Shown: positions 36,376 through 48,394, counted from the stretch's first letter. The stretch: DNA of 64,000 nucleotides from Raillietiella orientalis (GCA_036172245.1 JAYWIR010000111.1:1-64000); one strand, 5' to 3'. Notes: generated by a model from the letters alone, not told the origin. Numbers and translations: made by a program.

Positions 36376-37597
36376 GGGTTGAACAGCTGGCGTGTCTTTA
36401 CATCGCATCGATCCGTCACCGGAGCCAGTATCGATCGCCGGCATGCGCTTGATGGCCACGCTGGACGCTTTGATGGTTGGGCGTGGCGCTACCTTCCCCT
36501 TGCCCTCCACCACTTTCGCCGATGCGGCCGCGGTTTTTTTGGCGATTTTTACTTTACGGGTGACCAGCTGCCAGCCTTTCTCGTCGGCAGTCTTTTCCGG
36601 GAGCTCCTGTACCGAGTCCCTTTCTTGCTGCGCGACTTTTGTCGGAGCCGACGGCTGATCCCCTTTTGTGGAGTTTATTACTGGTTTTGCCTTCCCTTCC
36701 TTCTTTTGCGGAAGTTTTGGCGTTGGAGCGACGTTCATCGGGCACACCACTTTGGTGTGGCCCTTCGCGCCGCACGTTGGGCAAACTGCGTCCGGGCACC
36801 GCTTTTTCAAATGCCCGAACGACTTACAGTTTCCACAAAATTTAGCTTTCCCCACAAACCAAATGTCGACAAACTGGTCGCCAATTTGGAGCTTGTGGGG
36901 AAGCTGTACGCTTTCTCGAAGCGTCACGCGCGCGCCTACTCGCCCACTAAATGCACCGTTCACTCCGATGGTGTTGGGCTTTCTCCACATCGCGAAAACG
37001 CTTGCGAATTTTTCCAGTTCAGCGCAGATGGCGTTCTCATCCATCCGTACTGTTGTCCCTGTTAGGTGGATCACAATGAAGTGGTCCACCGTGTGTGGGA
37101 GTAAATTCCTGCCCTCAAATTGTACGGGCGTGCAGAGCATGTTGTGGGTAAGAGCTGCATCCTTGAAGATGAGCTCCGCCAACTGCCCTCCGCTCCGTAT
37201 AGAGAGGCAAAGAATTTCATGGTCGGCAATGCCCATCTTTTTAATGGCATTGCAGAACTTTCGCGCCCTTAACGGGGAATATAAATTGCCTACCTTGTAC
37301 AGGAGGGCGGGATTGTAGCCCTTCTGGATGTAGGATTGGATTTCGGCGGCGACATCGGGCGTTTCCGCCGCTGCCACCGCGCTCCAGGCCCTCGCCGTAG
37401 TGGCGGGTTCAGAATTAGTGGTGGGGCGTGATCCCACTTCTTTTGGCTTGGGAGGCGCGGTCTTCCCACCTCCCTCACCTGAAACTGCGGCGTTCACAGG
37501 CATTTCTGCCTGTCAACGGCCGCCAAACTCACACGAAACACCAGAAAAGAAAAACTCCCTATCCACGGAGCGCACAACAATTGCGTTTCCGTTTGCC

Positions 37598-37925
37598 GTT
37601 TGCCACCCGGATATGCCGGGGCATTTATTACTCTAATTTTTTACAAAAATTAGATAATAAAGTCTTTCAAAAGTTAATTGTGGGAAACACTTGGTTTTCC
37701 CACCTTGGTTGACGTGTCTGTTGCCGGTGCATAGACCGGTTAGGTCCATTCCCGAGGCGCATGGTTAGGGAAAACTAGAACAAAAACGAACAAAAAGAGA
37801 GATAACTGAAAGGGAAACAGTTATATGTGGACAAGGGGGGGCAGGGAAGGGATCACTGGGCGCCTGGGTCGGTCCTCTGCATTCTGTTGAGGATGCAGTC
37901 AAGTTCAGTTTTTATTTTCAGTGGT
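37598..37925 (-). mobile_element. Short 3' fragment (last ORF2 codons, 3' UTR, hairpin) head-to-tail with element E
   Basis: LNRMQRTDPGAQ then TGATCCCTTCCC; terminal AATAAATGCCCCGGCATATCCGGGTGGCAAAC. Confidence 0.85.
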
Positions 37926-37929
37926 TCTT

Positions 37930-40145
37930 CTTCCGATTGATGCACCTGTTGTAGACGAGGAGGAATGCGCGCGTCTTGATGAGCCCTTCACGGCAGAGGA
38001 AATTTCCTCGGCCATATCGGGGCTTAAAGGACGAAAAGCGCCAGGCAAAGATGGGCTCCCTCCGGAATTCTTTCAGTGTTTTGCGGCGTAGCTCATCCCC
38101 CTGGTGCTCCAGCTCTCGTCGCTGATGCGAGACTCGGGCTATGTCCCCGCCTCGTTTCCCTCAGCGAAGGTGCGTCTACTGCCAAAAGGCGGAGATTTGC
38201 GCCAACTGAACAACTGTCGACCAATCACATGAGTGAATTCGGAGGTCAAGTTGTTCTCGAAACTTTGGTTGGCGCGGATGGGTAGGCTCGCGAAATTCTT
38301 GGTGAGTACGGAGCAGACGTACGCTGTTCTTGGGTGGTCCATTGACGCGAATCTGTTCTTCATCCGCACATGGCTGCAATTGCAGCAACGTGTGGCGATG
38401 GATCGTCGTGCGGAAGCGACGCCTTCGATCTTTCACCGACACAGGCGTGGGACGCAAACGGAGACACCAAGAGCCTTGGCGTTTGCAGTCGAGCTGCACA
38501 AAGCTTTCGATTGCGTGAACCAAAAGCTTCTTGAGCTTTTGGAACGTCTTGGTCTTCCGGCATCCCTGTTGGCGTACTTACGCTGCTGATGGCGCCACGC
38601 AATTACATCCATTGTTTTCAGAGGCTGTCGCGTATACGGCGTGCCGGTACGACGAGCAATTAGGCAGGGTGATAGCTTAAGCCCGCTGCTCTTCAGCATC
38701 TATTTTGAATTAGTGCTGGAGGCTTACAGGCTAACGCTTGCCCACCTGCCGAGCTCCTGTCCAGGTACGAAGGCCATGGCAGCCTATGCCGACGACCTGC
38801 TTCTCCTGTTGCCCATGTCCACCCCGGCGACATCGCTTGAAGACTTATTTGAGTTGATTCGTCGCAATGCTGGCGTGAGCGTTAACAGGAGTAAGTGTAT
38901 GGTTGTTCCGGTGGGTGCGACGTGGGAGGGGCAGTCCGACTGGATCGGCCTGGGGATCCCCACGGGCAGGTGCCTCAGGTACCTTGGCGTGCCGTTGGGC
39001 GACTTCTGCATCTCAGAAGCGTGGTCGGACTGCCTTCGGAAGGCAGAGCGTGCACTTGGCCCGTTTTCCGGAGCCGAGTTAGTCTTCTCGGAACGGGCCT
39101 GCATCTGGAACACCTTCCTTGCCTTTTCCTTTGCTCCCTGTTTTTTGTTTGTCCACCCCCCCAGGAAGTCATAGTTTGGGCGCAGCGCCTTCTACGCAAA
39201 GCGTTGTGGGGTGCTGCAATATCCCGTGTTAGACTTAAAGAGTTGGTGGCGCCGCGTCAGGATTCAGGCTTGAGCATCCTCGACTTAAACAGCATCGAAC
39301 TGCAGGTGCAGTTTCGCATGCTGCGGCTCTGTGTTAAGCTGTGGTGTACGCCGTGGTGCTTACCCGCACGCCTTATACTGAGGCGCTGCACGGGAAGCGG
39401 AGGTCTGCTTTCGTTGCTACCCCACTCTCGGCACACCAGAATTGGGCTTGGCTTCCCGCTGAGGCAGCTCTCCTCACTGTTGGAAGCCCAAAGCTGGATC
39501 TCCTGCCGCCCCATGAACATTTATGCATAGCGGCAGGAATCTTTTTCATCGTGGGCAGCTTACGAAGGAACGCGCCCGGAAGATCTTCGACGCCTGCGAG
39601 TTATCCTCAGTCATCAAATGTTCGAATTCATGCAGGACAAGAAGATGTCTAATCGTCTGGCCGCCACACTACTCCCCGCAGCGCTGTCTGTCCTCAGGGC
39701 AAGCAATGACGGTTGCCTACCGGCGGAATGGGAGTTCTCGTGCAAAATATCTGGAGTCAGTAAGCTCCTCGGTAGCTGGACGACAAAGGAGCTGGTGCAA
39801 GCCGCCACTCCTCCGAATCGGGCGAAGGGCCTGCTTCGGTGGAGCGAACATTTAAATGTGCCTCTCGAAGAGGTAGTTATTCCCTTCGTTTGTTTGGACA
39901 GCTCCGCGTTCCCCCTAAAGAGGAAAGAAGATGAGCTGCTCTTTTCACATTGTGCATTACGCTATAATAGGCAGCGGAGCATCGTTTCCGGGGGTGCTGC
40001 TTTGGCAAACTGTTTAAGGTGAGGAGAGATCGAGTCTTTTCCGCACATTTTGCTGGACTGCGGTGACCTCCGGGAACTGTAGCGAAGGCTCACTTCGGTC
40101 ATCATGCCACAAGGAGGCACTGCCATTGATGTGCTGCGGCGACGT
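37930..40145 (+). pseudogene. Decayed ORF2 (RT to CCHC finger), related to element I
   Basis: ORFs 38233..38589 (LHKAFD) and 38641..39174 (RQGDSLSP, YADD), with multiple stops. Confidence 0.88.
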
Positions 40146-40690
40146 CATCGAGCGTGGGCTCGAAGACGGACGCCGCCGCCTCGCTCTGCACCTTGTTGAC
40201 TTTGTGAACGGAGGGTTGAGCAGTGGCAGCAGCGAGTGCTTTAGCGTCGTATTCGTCGTTGGCGGGAATTTGCTCTACGACGACGCAGCAGCTTTTGTTT
40301 TTTCGCGGCGGGTAGCGGTTTTGCTCCGTTTCGCGATTTTTTGTGCCTGTATGGCACTTTTTTTTTCAAAGTTCACCTCCTGCCAACCCGACTCTTGGCT
40401 GACGCTTTCGAACTTTTCGACGCTTTTAGCCCTGGTCTCGAGGCTGGCCTTCGCCAGCCTCGAGATCTTGGTGTCGGAAATTATCTTTTTAGATGTAGCT
40501 CGCGCTTGCAGCTTCTTTCTTTACTTTGTCATGTGCTTTCTCGCAATTTTCGCGGATGCGTCGCGGACTGAATTTTGGGGGCACAGCAGACGGGTGTGCC
40601 CCGCTTGTTTACACTGCTGGCACTGAACGCTCGGACACCTCATTTTGAGGTGACCAAAGCTGCTGCGACAGCCCCAGTACTTGGGTTTTT
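40146..40690 (-). pseudogene. ORF1 fragment (knuckle region)
   Basis: The minus strand reads KPKYWGCRSSFGHLKMRCPSVQCQQCKQAGHTRLLCP. Confidence 0.75.
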
Positions 40691-40754
40691 CTGAAATCGG
40701 TTCTTCCTGCAGGAAAAACCTGGCGCCTGGAAAGTGCCTTAAGATTACCTACCT

Positions 40755-41011
40755 ATCCTACCTCATCGGAGGCAGGGAAAAACTCTTAAAAGTGTTGAGG
40801 TCCAAAAAACTAGCAAACGCTAGTACCCCGAGTGTCCCGCCAAACTGACTTTTACGCTGGGGCGCACTACTCGACATACCTCCGGAGGAGGTGAAGTGGC
40901 CTTCAGCGTCATGGGACAAAGGCACCCTTTGCCTACAGTGGCAGGAGACGGCGTTCCTTGTGCTCCATTGTGGATTTCTATTCAGAGAACTTCGCACTGG
41001 ACATCGGGGAA
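40755..41011 (+). pseudogene. ORF2 C-terminal fragment, target of an antisense insertion
   Basis: Homologous to the ASTPSVPPN...LQWQET...HWTSG region of other copies. Confidence 0.75.
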
Positions 41012-42700
41012 TTTTCACCCGTTCACGCCTGGGTGTTTATTAAAAAAACACTATACATTTGCGGTACTAGGCCCCGCTACGGCCAAAATTTCATGGGACC
41101 TGTCAGGAAGCCGGTTCTGAGGCCAGCTTGTGTTCCTCGGCAGTATAGGGGATACGGGGTAAAACAAAAAGAAAAATAAATTAAACATCAAAAAGAAACT
41201 ATTTGGGGGACCGGGAAGGGATCACAATCCGCTAGAGGAAGAGACTATCCTTTCCAAGATGCCGCAAACGCGTTCCACACCGCGGCCCGTTCCGGCAGAA
41301 GGAACTTGCCTTCCAGGAACCGGCCGATCACCGTCTCGACTCTTTGGAGGCAGCTGGACCACGCTTCCGCAGGGAAATAGTCCCCCAACGGCACACCAAG
41401 GTACTTGAAGCACCTCGCCGTGGGGATCCCCAGACGGACCCAGTCCTGCTGCCCTGCCCACGCCGCACCTATTGGCACAACCGATGACTTCGCCTTATTT
41501 ACCCGTAGTCCAGTCCCGCGGCTTTGCAGATCGAAGAAATCCTCGACTGCGGCTGCCGGGGCGGACATAAGCAAAAGGAGCAGAAGATCATCGGCGTAAG
41601 TTGCTTCGGCCGGCGTACCTGGACACGAGCTTGGCAGGGCAGCCAATGTCACCCTGTATGCTCTCACAACCAGTTCGAAATAGGTGCTAAAGAGCTGGGG
41701 AATCAGGCTGTCGCCCTTCCGGATGCCGCGCCTCACCGGCACGCCGAACACGTACTGTCTTCTGAAAAACAAGTTGATGATCGCATTGCGCCAGCAGGCG
41801 CGCAGGTAGACCGTTAAGGTGTCCGGAAAGCCGATGCGATCCAGGAGCCCCAGAAGGATTTCCTGGTCCACGCAATCGAACGCTTTGTGCAAATCGACTG
41901 CGATCGCTAGAGCCCCCGTTTCTCCTTGGTCGTCCCTTACTTGCTGCGCTGGCGCCCTCAAATCATGTTTCTCGACATTCCGTTCTTTTTCCAAATTTTT
42001 CTCGCGTTGTACATGGAACCATGTGCTGACGAAGAACAGGTTCGCTTCCATGCTTCGCTTGGGAACAGCGTACGTCTGTTCTGGACTAACGAAGCTTTCA
42101 GCTACCTGCTCCAGTCGCGCAGCCTACAGTGCAGCCAGCAGCTTGGCGTCCGTGTTCACAATCGTGATCGGACGCCAGTTGCATAATTTTCTGAGGTCTC
42201 CTCCCTTAGGAAGGAGCCTCAACCTTGCTGAACAAAACGAGCTGGGAACATCGCCTTCGTTCCGGGTCTGCCGTGTCAGTTGGAGCACCAGGGGGGTCAG
42301 CTCTGCAGCGAAGCTACTGAAAGCACTCCGGCGGCATGCCGTCCTCCCTTGGCGCCTTACGGCTCTTCAGCCTTTTAATAGCGGTGATGATTTTACCGGT
42401 CGTAGAAGGCTCGTCAAGGCTTTCTTTTTCCTCCTCCTCTATGGCCGGGACTCCATGGGGGAGCAATTGTCGCGAAACGTCTCACTCCACAGCTACTCTG
42501 GTGTAAAGGAAGGAGTAAAATCCACGCACGAGGCGACGTATCGATTCCGGGTGGGAGTATTGCTGGTCCAGGTCGTCCAGCACGCTGAGCGGCTTGGTAT
42601 GCCAGGCTTGACGCTCGGCCCCGGCTTTGTACTCGGCCAAAAGACGGATGTCAGGTTTCCTCGCGGATTGACGAGCGTGCAAACACGCCCTTTCGTTACG
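41012..42700 (-). mobile_element. Internally deleted element: RT fragment joined near 41262 to the last ORF2 codons, 3' UTR and hairpin
   Basis: ORF 41245..42051 (DLHKAFD, YADD). WNAFA is followed directly by sequence reading GILERIVSSSSGL-TGA in another frame. Confidence 0.85.
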
Positions 42701-45700
42701 GAAGGACGTGTTCTTCGTTTGCTGCGTCAACGAGTACCGGAAAGCTGTTTCTTTTTGGGAAGTGTGTGTTTTTTCACATCGTTGGTGTCCGATGGCATCG
42801 CTGTCAGAGGACATCACGATGAAGGTAGGCGTGGGGAAGGCTAGCCTTCCTCACGGTCTACTGGATCAGGGGCGGCCGCCCCGGAATCACCTCCGGCAAA
42901 GTCGAGGACGTGGAGCGCCATGGTGGCAGCGAAGAGCGCGGAAACCTTGGCGGAGCAATCAACCTACAGGGCCTCCGGATATATACCATCACTGGTTTAT
43001 AAGGTAGGACCCCTGTTTGATGGTCGCACCGCGCCGGCCTTTAGCAAGGCGTTACAAGATTTTCCTGTTCGCTACGAGGATATTGACGGTCTTTCCGTAC
43101 ACAGCGAAGGGCAGTGCGTGGAGGGCGTCTGCAAAGACGTAGCCTTAGCACAGCGCTTGATAAACACCCCGCCGAATGTGGATGGCCGGAAAATCCTACC
43201 TTTTAGCATTAACCGCTCCGTAGTGGTCCATCAAACCGGGATAACAAACCGCATGACGTGCTCTGCGGTAAACGACGAACTAAAAAACTACGGCGAAGTA
43301 CACGCGCTATGGCCAATGTCAACCATCTTTGATGCATTTTATAGCCATTCCGCAAGGCAGGCTGCAGCGTGTGTCCCCGTAAATGAGCGTGCTGGGTTGC
43401 CCCAAAAACTGGAGGTCGCAAAAGAATCCGTCGACCTCTGTTACGTAAGGAAACTCCGCTTTTGTGGCTACTGCAATGCAGTAGGGCACTTGAGCAAGCT
43501 GTAACCGAACATTGTGTGCCACCTATGAGTGAGAATGGGCACGTTCGACGCGTGTGCCCTAAGCGCCCCACACCGGCGCCTGATGAAGCCCAAAAGGCAC
43601 AGGGAAAGAGCGGAAAGCTGGTGGAAAGACCAGCACGTGACATTGGCCGGCCCCAGTCGCCATCTCCTCCTCCTCTCACCCAGTCTCATAGGATAAAACC
43701 GCGAAAGACACGGGAGTGGAGGAGGGATGGCAACCGGTTAAGGCCACGAAGGAGAAACAAATGGTGAAAGAACCACTGAAGAAAACGGATAAAAAGAACA
43801 GGGCCGGTAAAAAGAATAAAGCCGCGCCGCTGTGAGAAAATCTCCGCGAGTGCTCGGTAGCTCTGGAGTGCGTAAGCGTTCCTCAGGCTGCCAGCCGAGA
43901 CGACGAGCCTTCCCTCGCCGTTTTCGCGGCGCCCGAGATTCGCGACGACGAACCCTCTGTTTACACAGAGGATGAGCCGCGCGACGCGCGCGACGCTGCA
44001 AGGACACCGCCTTCGCGAAGGCGGCGGAGGAGCTCGCGGTAACGCTGGCCGAGCGTGAGAATCCCTCACGCAAGGTCGTGCGAAGGCCGGCTCCACCGAA
44101 GAAGGCCCCCGAAGGTGAGTTCGATCTGGGGGCCGGAAGGGCATCCTGCTCTCGGAGGCACCTTCCCGGAAGACGGGACGTAAGTCCCAAAAACTGAGGA
44201 GGCGCCTCCACTCCACGAGCGAGGAGGAGAAGCCGGAAGCCGACGCTAGCGTGGGAAATCCGGAGATCAAATTCCCACGCACGGAAGCCGACGAGCAGGC
44301 CACCAACATGAAAGAGGGTGAACAGGGGGGCGAATTCCTTTCTGCGGTCGCCGAACCTGAACAGCTTGCCCCCATGGAGGAGGGCGAACAGGTAGGCGCG
44401 ACCCCACCTGCGGGTGAACCGGCCGACGGGCCGTTACCCATGGAGGAGGGGGACCAGGTGCCTTCAGCACCTGACCCTAGCGTCTCGCCCCAACTGGTTG
44501 CGGACGCCGCACTGCCACTTTCCCAGGATTAACACCTTGGTTCTCCTGTCGCCGTCGGAACCGCGTGTCCAGTTGGAGCGTGAACGGGCTGCGCGACGAC
44601 GGCAACAGACGAGATACGGCCGACACCCTGCGTGACTTCGACCTCGCCCTGCTGCAGGAAATCCACGTAATCACCGCGGCAGACGTCCAGGTGATCGAGA
44701 CGATCGCGGGGGATCGGCTGTATTGGCGATACGTCGCCCGCATCACCTGTGGGGTCGCGTTTTTCGTGAAGACGGCTATCGATGCTGCCGTGAAGGGCGT
44801 GCGGTTTGATGACGACGGTCGGATCGGTCAGCTCATTCTCAGCTGGTCCGACTCGGTGACCTAATCGTCACAAACGTGTATGGCCCCAGCGGCAAACAGG
44901 GTTACCGCGACCGCACCAGGCTGCTGGAAACACTGAAGCGCGACTGGCTGGCGGATACCAATGTGCGAAAGGCTCACCTGATAGCGGGAGATTTCCATCT
45001 CCGCCTGCTAACAGGTGAGCCGGAAACACAAGTGAACGCGATGAACGAGTTGTGCGCCGCCATGCCTGCGCGCAACTTGTTCGCGGGTGAGACAGGAATG
45101 GTCCGCGGCATCGACCACGTCTTCCTGGACGGTGACCTGTGTTCACGCGTCGGCAAACGGGGGAGGGTTGTGTCGACGTTGTCGGACCATTCCCGGCTAA
45201 TTTTCGAGATGCGGCCTCGCGACAAAGGACCGCCATCCAGGGATTGGCGTCTGCCGGGGGATTGGACGCGACTCTCAGGTGCGAAGGAACACCTTAGCGA
45301 AAACCTGACAGGCGTCACGCTCCGGAATCTCGCTGACTGGGACCTTTTTAGGGAATCGGTCCGTAAGTTCTGCGAGGAGTTCCCCTTGCATTGCCTGCCC
45401 CCTGGATTCGGGAAAGAGCTCGCAACCATACGGCCTATTTACAGGCCCGCCGATACGAGAGAACCCACAACTTCCGTCGCCTAGCAAAATACCGAGGCCG
45501 CGGCAAGCACGAGCCAAACAATCCGGATCGGCCATCTTGCTGGACGACCAAGGCCGGGAACGCTCTGCCCCACCAGCGATCAGGCACCTCCTGCGACGGT
45601 TCTACTTCTCCCCTTACGTCAGGGCACCCCAGAGCGTGATGCCTTGAGGCTCCTGCTTCCGAAAGGAGCTTCGGCAATAGGGGAGGAAGAGACGATTAGC

Positions 45701-47735
45701 CTCGACGAGCCTTTTACCACCGGCAAAATTCTTGCCGGTATTAAAAGGTTCAAGAGGCGGAAAGCACGAAGGGAGGGCCTCCTGTCCGCGAAGTTTTTCC
45801 AATGCTTCGCGGCAGAGTTGGCACTCCTGGTGCTTCAGTAAAGCAGGCTGATCCAAGACGAAGGTGACCTTCCCGCCTCGTTTCGGTCAGCCAGAGTGAG
45901 GCTCCTTCCTAAGGGAAAAGACCTGAGAACATTGAACAATTATCGTCCGGTCACAATTGTCAACACGTACGCAAAGCTGATTCCTGGACTGTGAGCTTCG
46001 CGTCTAGGACAGGTGGCAGACTCCATAATTAGCGCAGAGCAGACATACGCTGCTCCCGGGCGAAGTATGGATGCCAACCTGTTCCTCGCGAGCACATGGT
46101 TCCATATGCAATAATGTCAATATGAAACAGCGACAAGGATTAACAACCCGACTTTGAAGCCGCCAGTTGGACTAAGGTCGGACAACGGAGCAGGGAAGGG
46201 AGCCCTAGCGCTCGCAGTCGATCTCCACAAGGCGTTCGACTGCGTGAATCAGGAGCTACTGTTGAAGCTTTCGGGGCGCATGGGCTTCCCACCCTCTCTT
46301 CTCTCATTCCTGGGCTCTTCCTGGCGGAATGCGCTAATCAACGTCTCCTCCAGCGGACAAACAACGTACGGCGTGCCGGTGCGGCAAGTCATACAAAAGG
46401 GAGATAGCCTCAGTCCTCTGCGCTTTAGCACCTACTTTGAGTTGGTGATGAGAGCGTACAGGGTAACATTGGCTGCCTTGACTAGCTCGTGCACCGGCAC
46501 GCCTGCAGTAGCTGCTTTCGCCGACTACCTTCTGCTGATGTTGCCCATGTCCGCCCCGGCAGCCGCAGTCGAAGATTTCTTCGATCTACTAAGCCGTAGG
46601 ACTGGATTGCAGGTTAACAAAGCGAAGTCGTCGGTGATACCGGTGAATGCGACTTGGGCTGGACGGCCTGACTGGATCCGCATGAAGATCCTCACGGCTA
46701 CGAACCTAAAGTACCTGGGTGTCCCGTTGGGGACTTCTGTCTCGTAGAATCCTGGTCAGGTCGTGTCCAAAAGGTAGAGTTGGCAATAGGCCCGCTCCTG
46801 GAAGGCAAGTTCCTTCTGCAGGAAAGGGCCGCGGTGTGGAACGCGTTTGCGGCTCCCATCCTCCGCCCCTTGCTTCTTGTGTGTCCCGTCCCCCGTGACC
46901 TGAAGAAGAGGACAAAAGACTTTCTCCGCATCGCCCTCTGGGGCAGCGGGAGGCCTCGTGTGCCTCTTAAGGACATATGCGCTTTGCGTCGGGACGGAAG
47001 TATTGACATCCTGACGTTGAAGCGCATGGACATACAGCTGCGATGGCGCACCCTAGCCATCGCAGCAAAGACTTGGTACACCTGCTGGTGCGTCCCGGAT
47101 AGCATCCTCGCCAGCCGAGTATCGAGGACGCAAGGACTCGTGTCTTTCCTTCTGTGCCCCGGCCGGAAGGTCAGGAGATGCGGCCTTCTCCTCGGGCGCA
47201 TGGAATCCCTGGTGAGAGAGAACGGCTGGACGGTATGCAGGTTTGCTAACTCCTCCGCTTGTCTGGAGGAATCCGTTGGGACGTGAGCCAAGCTAAACCT
47301 CCAGACTTGACGTGAATGGAACCGCCTGCGACAAGACTGCAACGCCTGCTGCAGCCTACGGACCACACTGGAGTGTCCCGCCTAGAGCACTTGGGCAAAG
47401 ACCACCCCTTATGCTTCGACGCTGCCCTTCCTACGAAGGGCTTCAACCACCTTTCGGACGCCGGAGTGGCACGTCTCCTACCGGATCGCAGGCAGGGAAA
47501 AGAAAATGAGCGGTTGGACAAGGAGTAAACTGGCAGATGCCACGATCCCGAGTGCCCTCCCGCGTGGACTTGTTAGATGGAATGAGCTGCTCGGCATCCC
47601 GACGGATGGCCTGAAGTGGCCCCCAGTGTTAATCGAATCCAAGGTTCTCCCGCTAAAGTGGCAAGAGTGGGCACTGCTGCTGTTTCACTGGGGTTTACCC
47701 TGCAACGCGCGCCGCTTCCACGGGACGCGAGGAAG
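42701..47735 (+). mobile_element. Element F: near-complete decayed element of the B subfamily
   Basis: GGACGTGTTC near 42704, ORF1 remnants 42920..44532, APE 44565..45484 and RT 46154..47286. Interrupted at 47735. Confidence 0.88.
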
Positions 47736-48110
47736 TTTTCACCCGGTCACGCCGGGGCGTTTATTGCTAAACACTATGTTTTCGCGGTACGAGGCCTCGC
47801 TACGGCCAATAGTTTTTTGGACCTGCCGCAGGCTGGCTTGATTCTCATCGGCAGCGGAGGGGGTAGAAGGTAAAAACGAAAAAAAAAATAAAAGAAATAA
47901 ACGAAAAGAAAATATTTGCAGGGCTGGGAAGGGATCACAGCCCGATGGAGAAAGAGACAATCCTTTCTAGGATGCCCTGGAGGTCCCTCTTCATTGTTCC
48001 CAGATGGGACCAGCCGATCGCGATTCGCAGGTATCGACCAGCGTGTACGATGGGATCCCTGTCGATGCTTCCTCTGTTGGCTGCGCTCCACGCGGCCACA
48101 ATCCCTCGGC
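47736..48110 (-). mobile_element. 5'-truncated 3' end inserted antisense in element F
   Basis: AATAAACGCCCCGGCGTGACCGGGTGAAAA on the minus strand; ORF2 end GILERIVSFSIGL-TGA. Confidence 0.87.
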
Positions 48111-48394
48111 TCCAGCTAAAGCAAACGCAGAAGGACCTAGAAAGCATCCTGCGAAGGATGGGCCCTCCTCCTAATAGATAGTGAACCCTCCCCCTCCCTC
48201 CAAACTCCTTTTGTTTTTCTTCATTGCATTTTTTTCGTTTTCTCCCAAACTCCCCTCCACTGCCGCGGAGCGTCACGCAGGGCTGTGTCCCCGCGTCCCG
48301 GCAGGCCCGGTGTTGTGCGGATGTTAGTGGGGCCTCGTACCACGTCTCTGTAGAGTTTTTCTGATAAATGCCTTAGGCGTACACAAGTGGCATC
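48111..48394 (+). mobile_element. 5'-truncated 3' end (GGCATC tail)
   Basis: DLESILRRMGPPP, a 3' UTR like those at 24260 and 27480, and a decayed hairpin at 48369-48394. Confidence 0.82.

Larger units (their letters stand above)
27708..37582 (-). mobile_element. Element E: ORF1 and APE, with ORF1 split by a 7.3-kb tandem insertion and the APE end cut by element D
   Basis: ORF1 37503-36376 (CGNCKSFGHLKKRC, CPTCGAKGHTKVVC) rejoins in frame (PAVQP|AAAGTP) at 29080-28586. APE ORF 27912..28529. Confidence 0.88.

Noticed and set aside
35851..37503. 550-aa ORF as an intact ORF1
   Set aside because: After 36376 it reads out of frame into the inserted unit. The true ORF1 continues at 29080.
9091..39530. 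Alternative genetic code with TAG/TAA read as Gln or Glu
   Set aside because: In-frame TAG/TAA codons align with W, Y, S, R, E and Q indiscriminately, and ORFs of 1111 and 762 codons contain none. This is ordinary decay.
40700..40760. AAGATTACCT shared with 51761-51770 next to GAAAAACCTG
   Set aside because: It is too short and lies in decayed junction DNA, so it cannot be separated from chance.
8191..42844. Long antisense ORFs (8191..9144, 10483..11523, 25531..26400, 35758..37065, 41819..42844)
   Set aside because: These are shadows of GC-rich coding sequence with no motifs, are not conserved between copies, and some cross insertion junctions.
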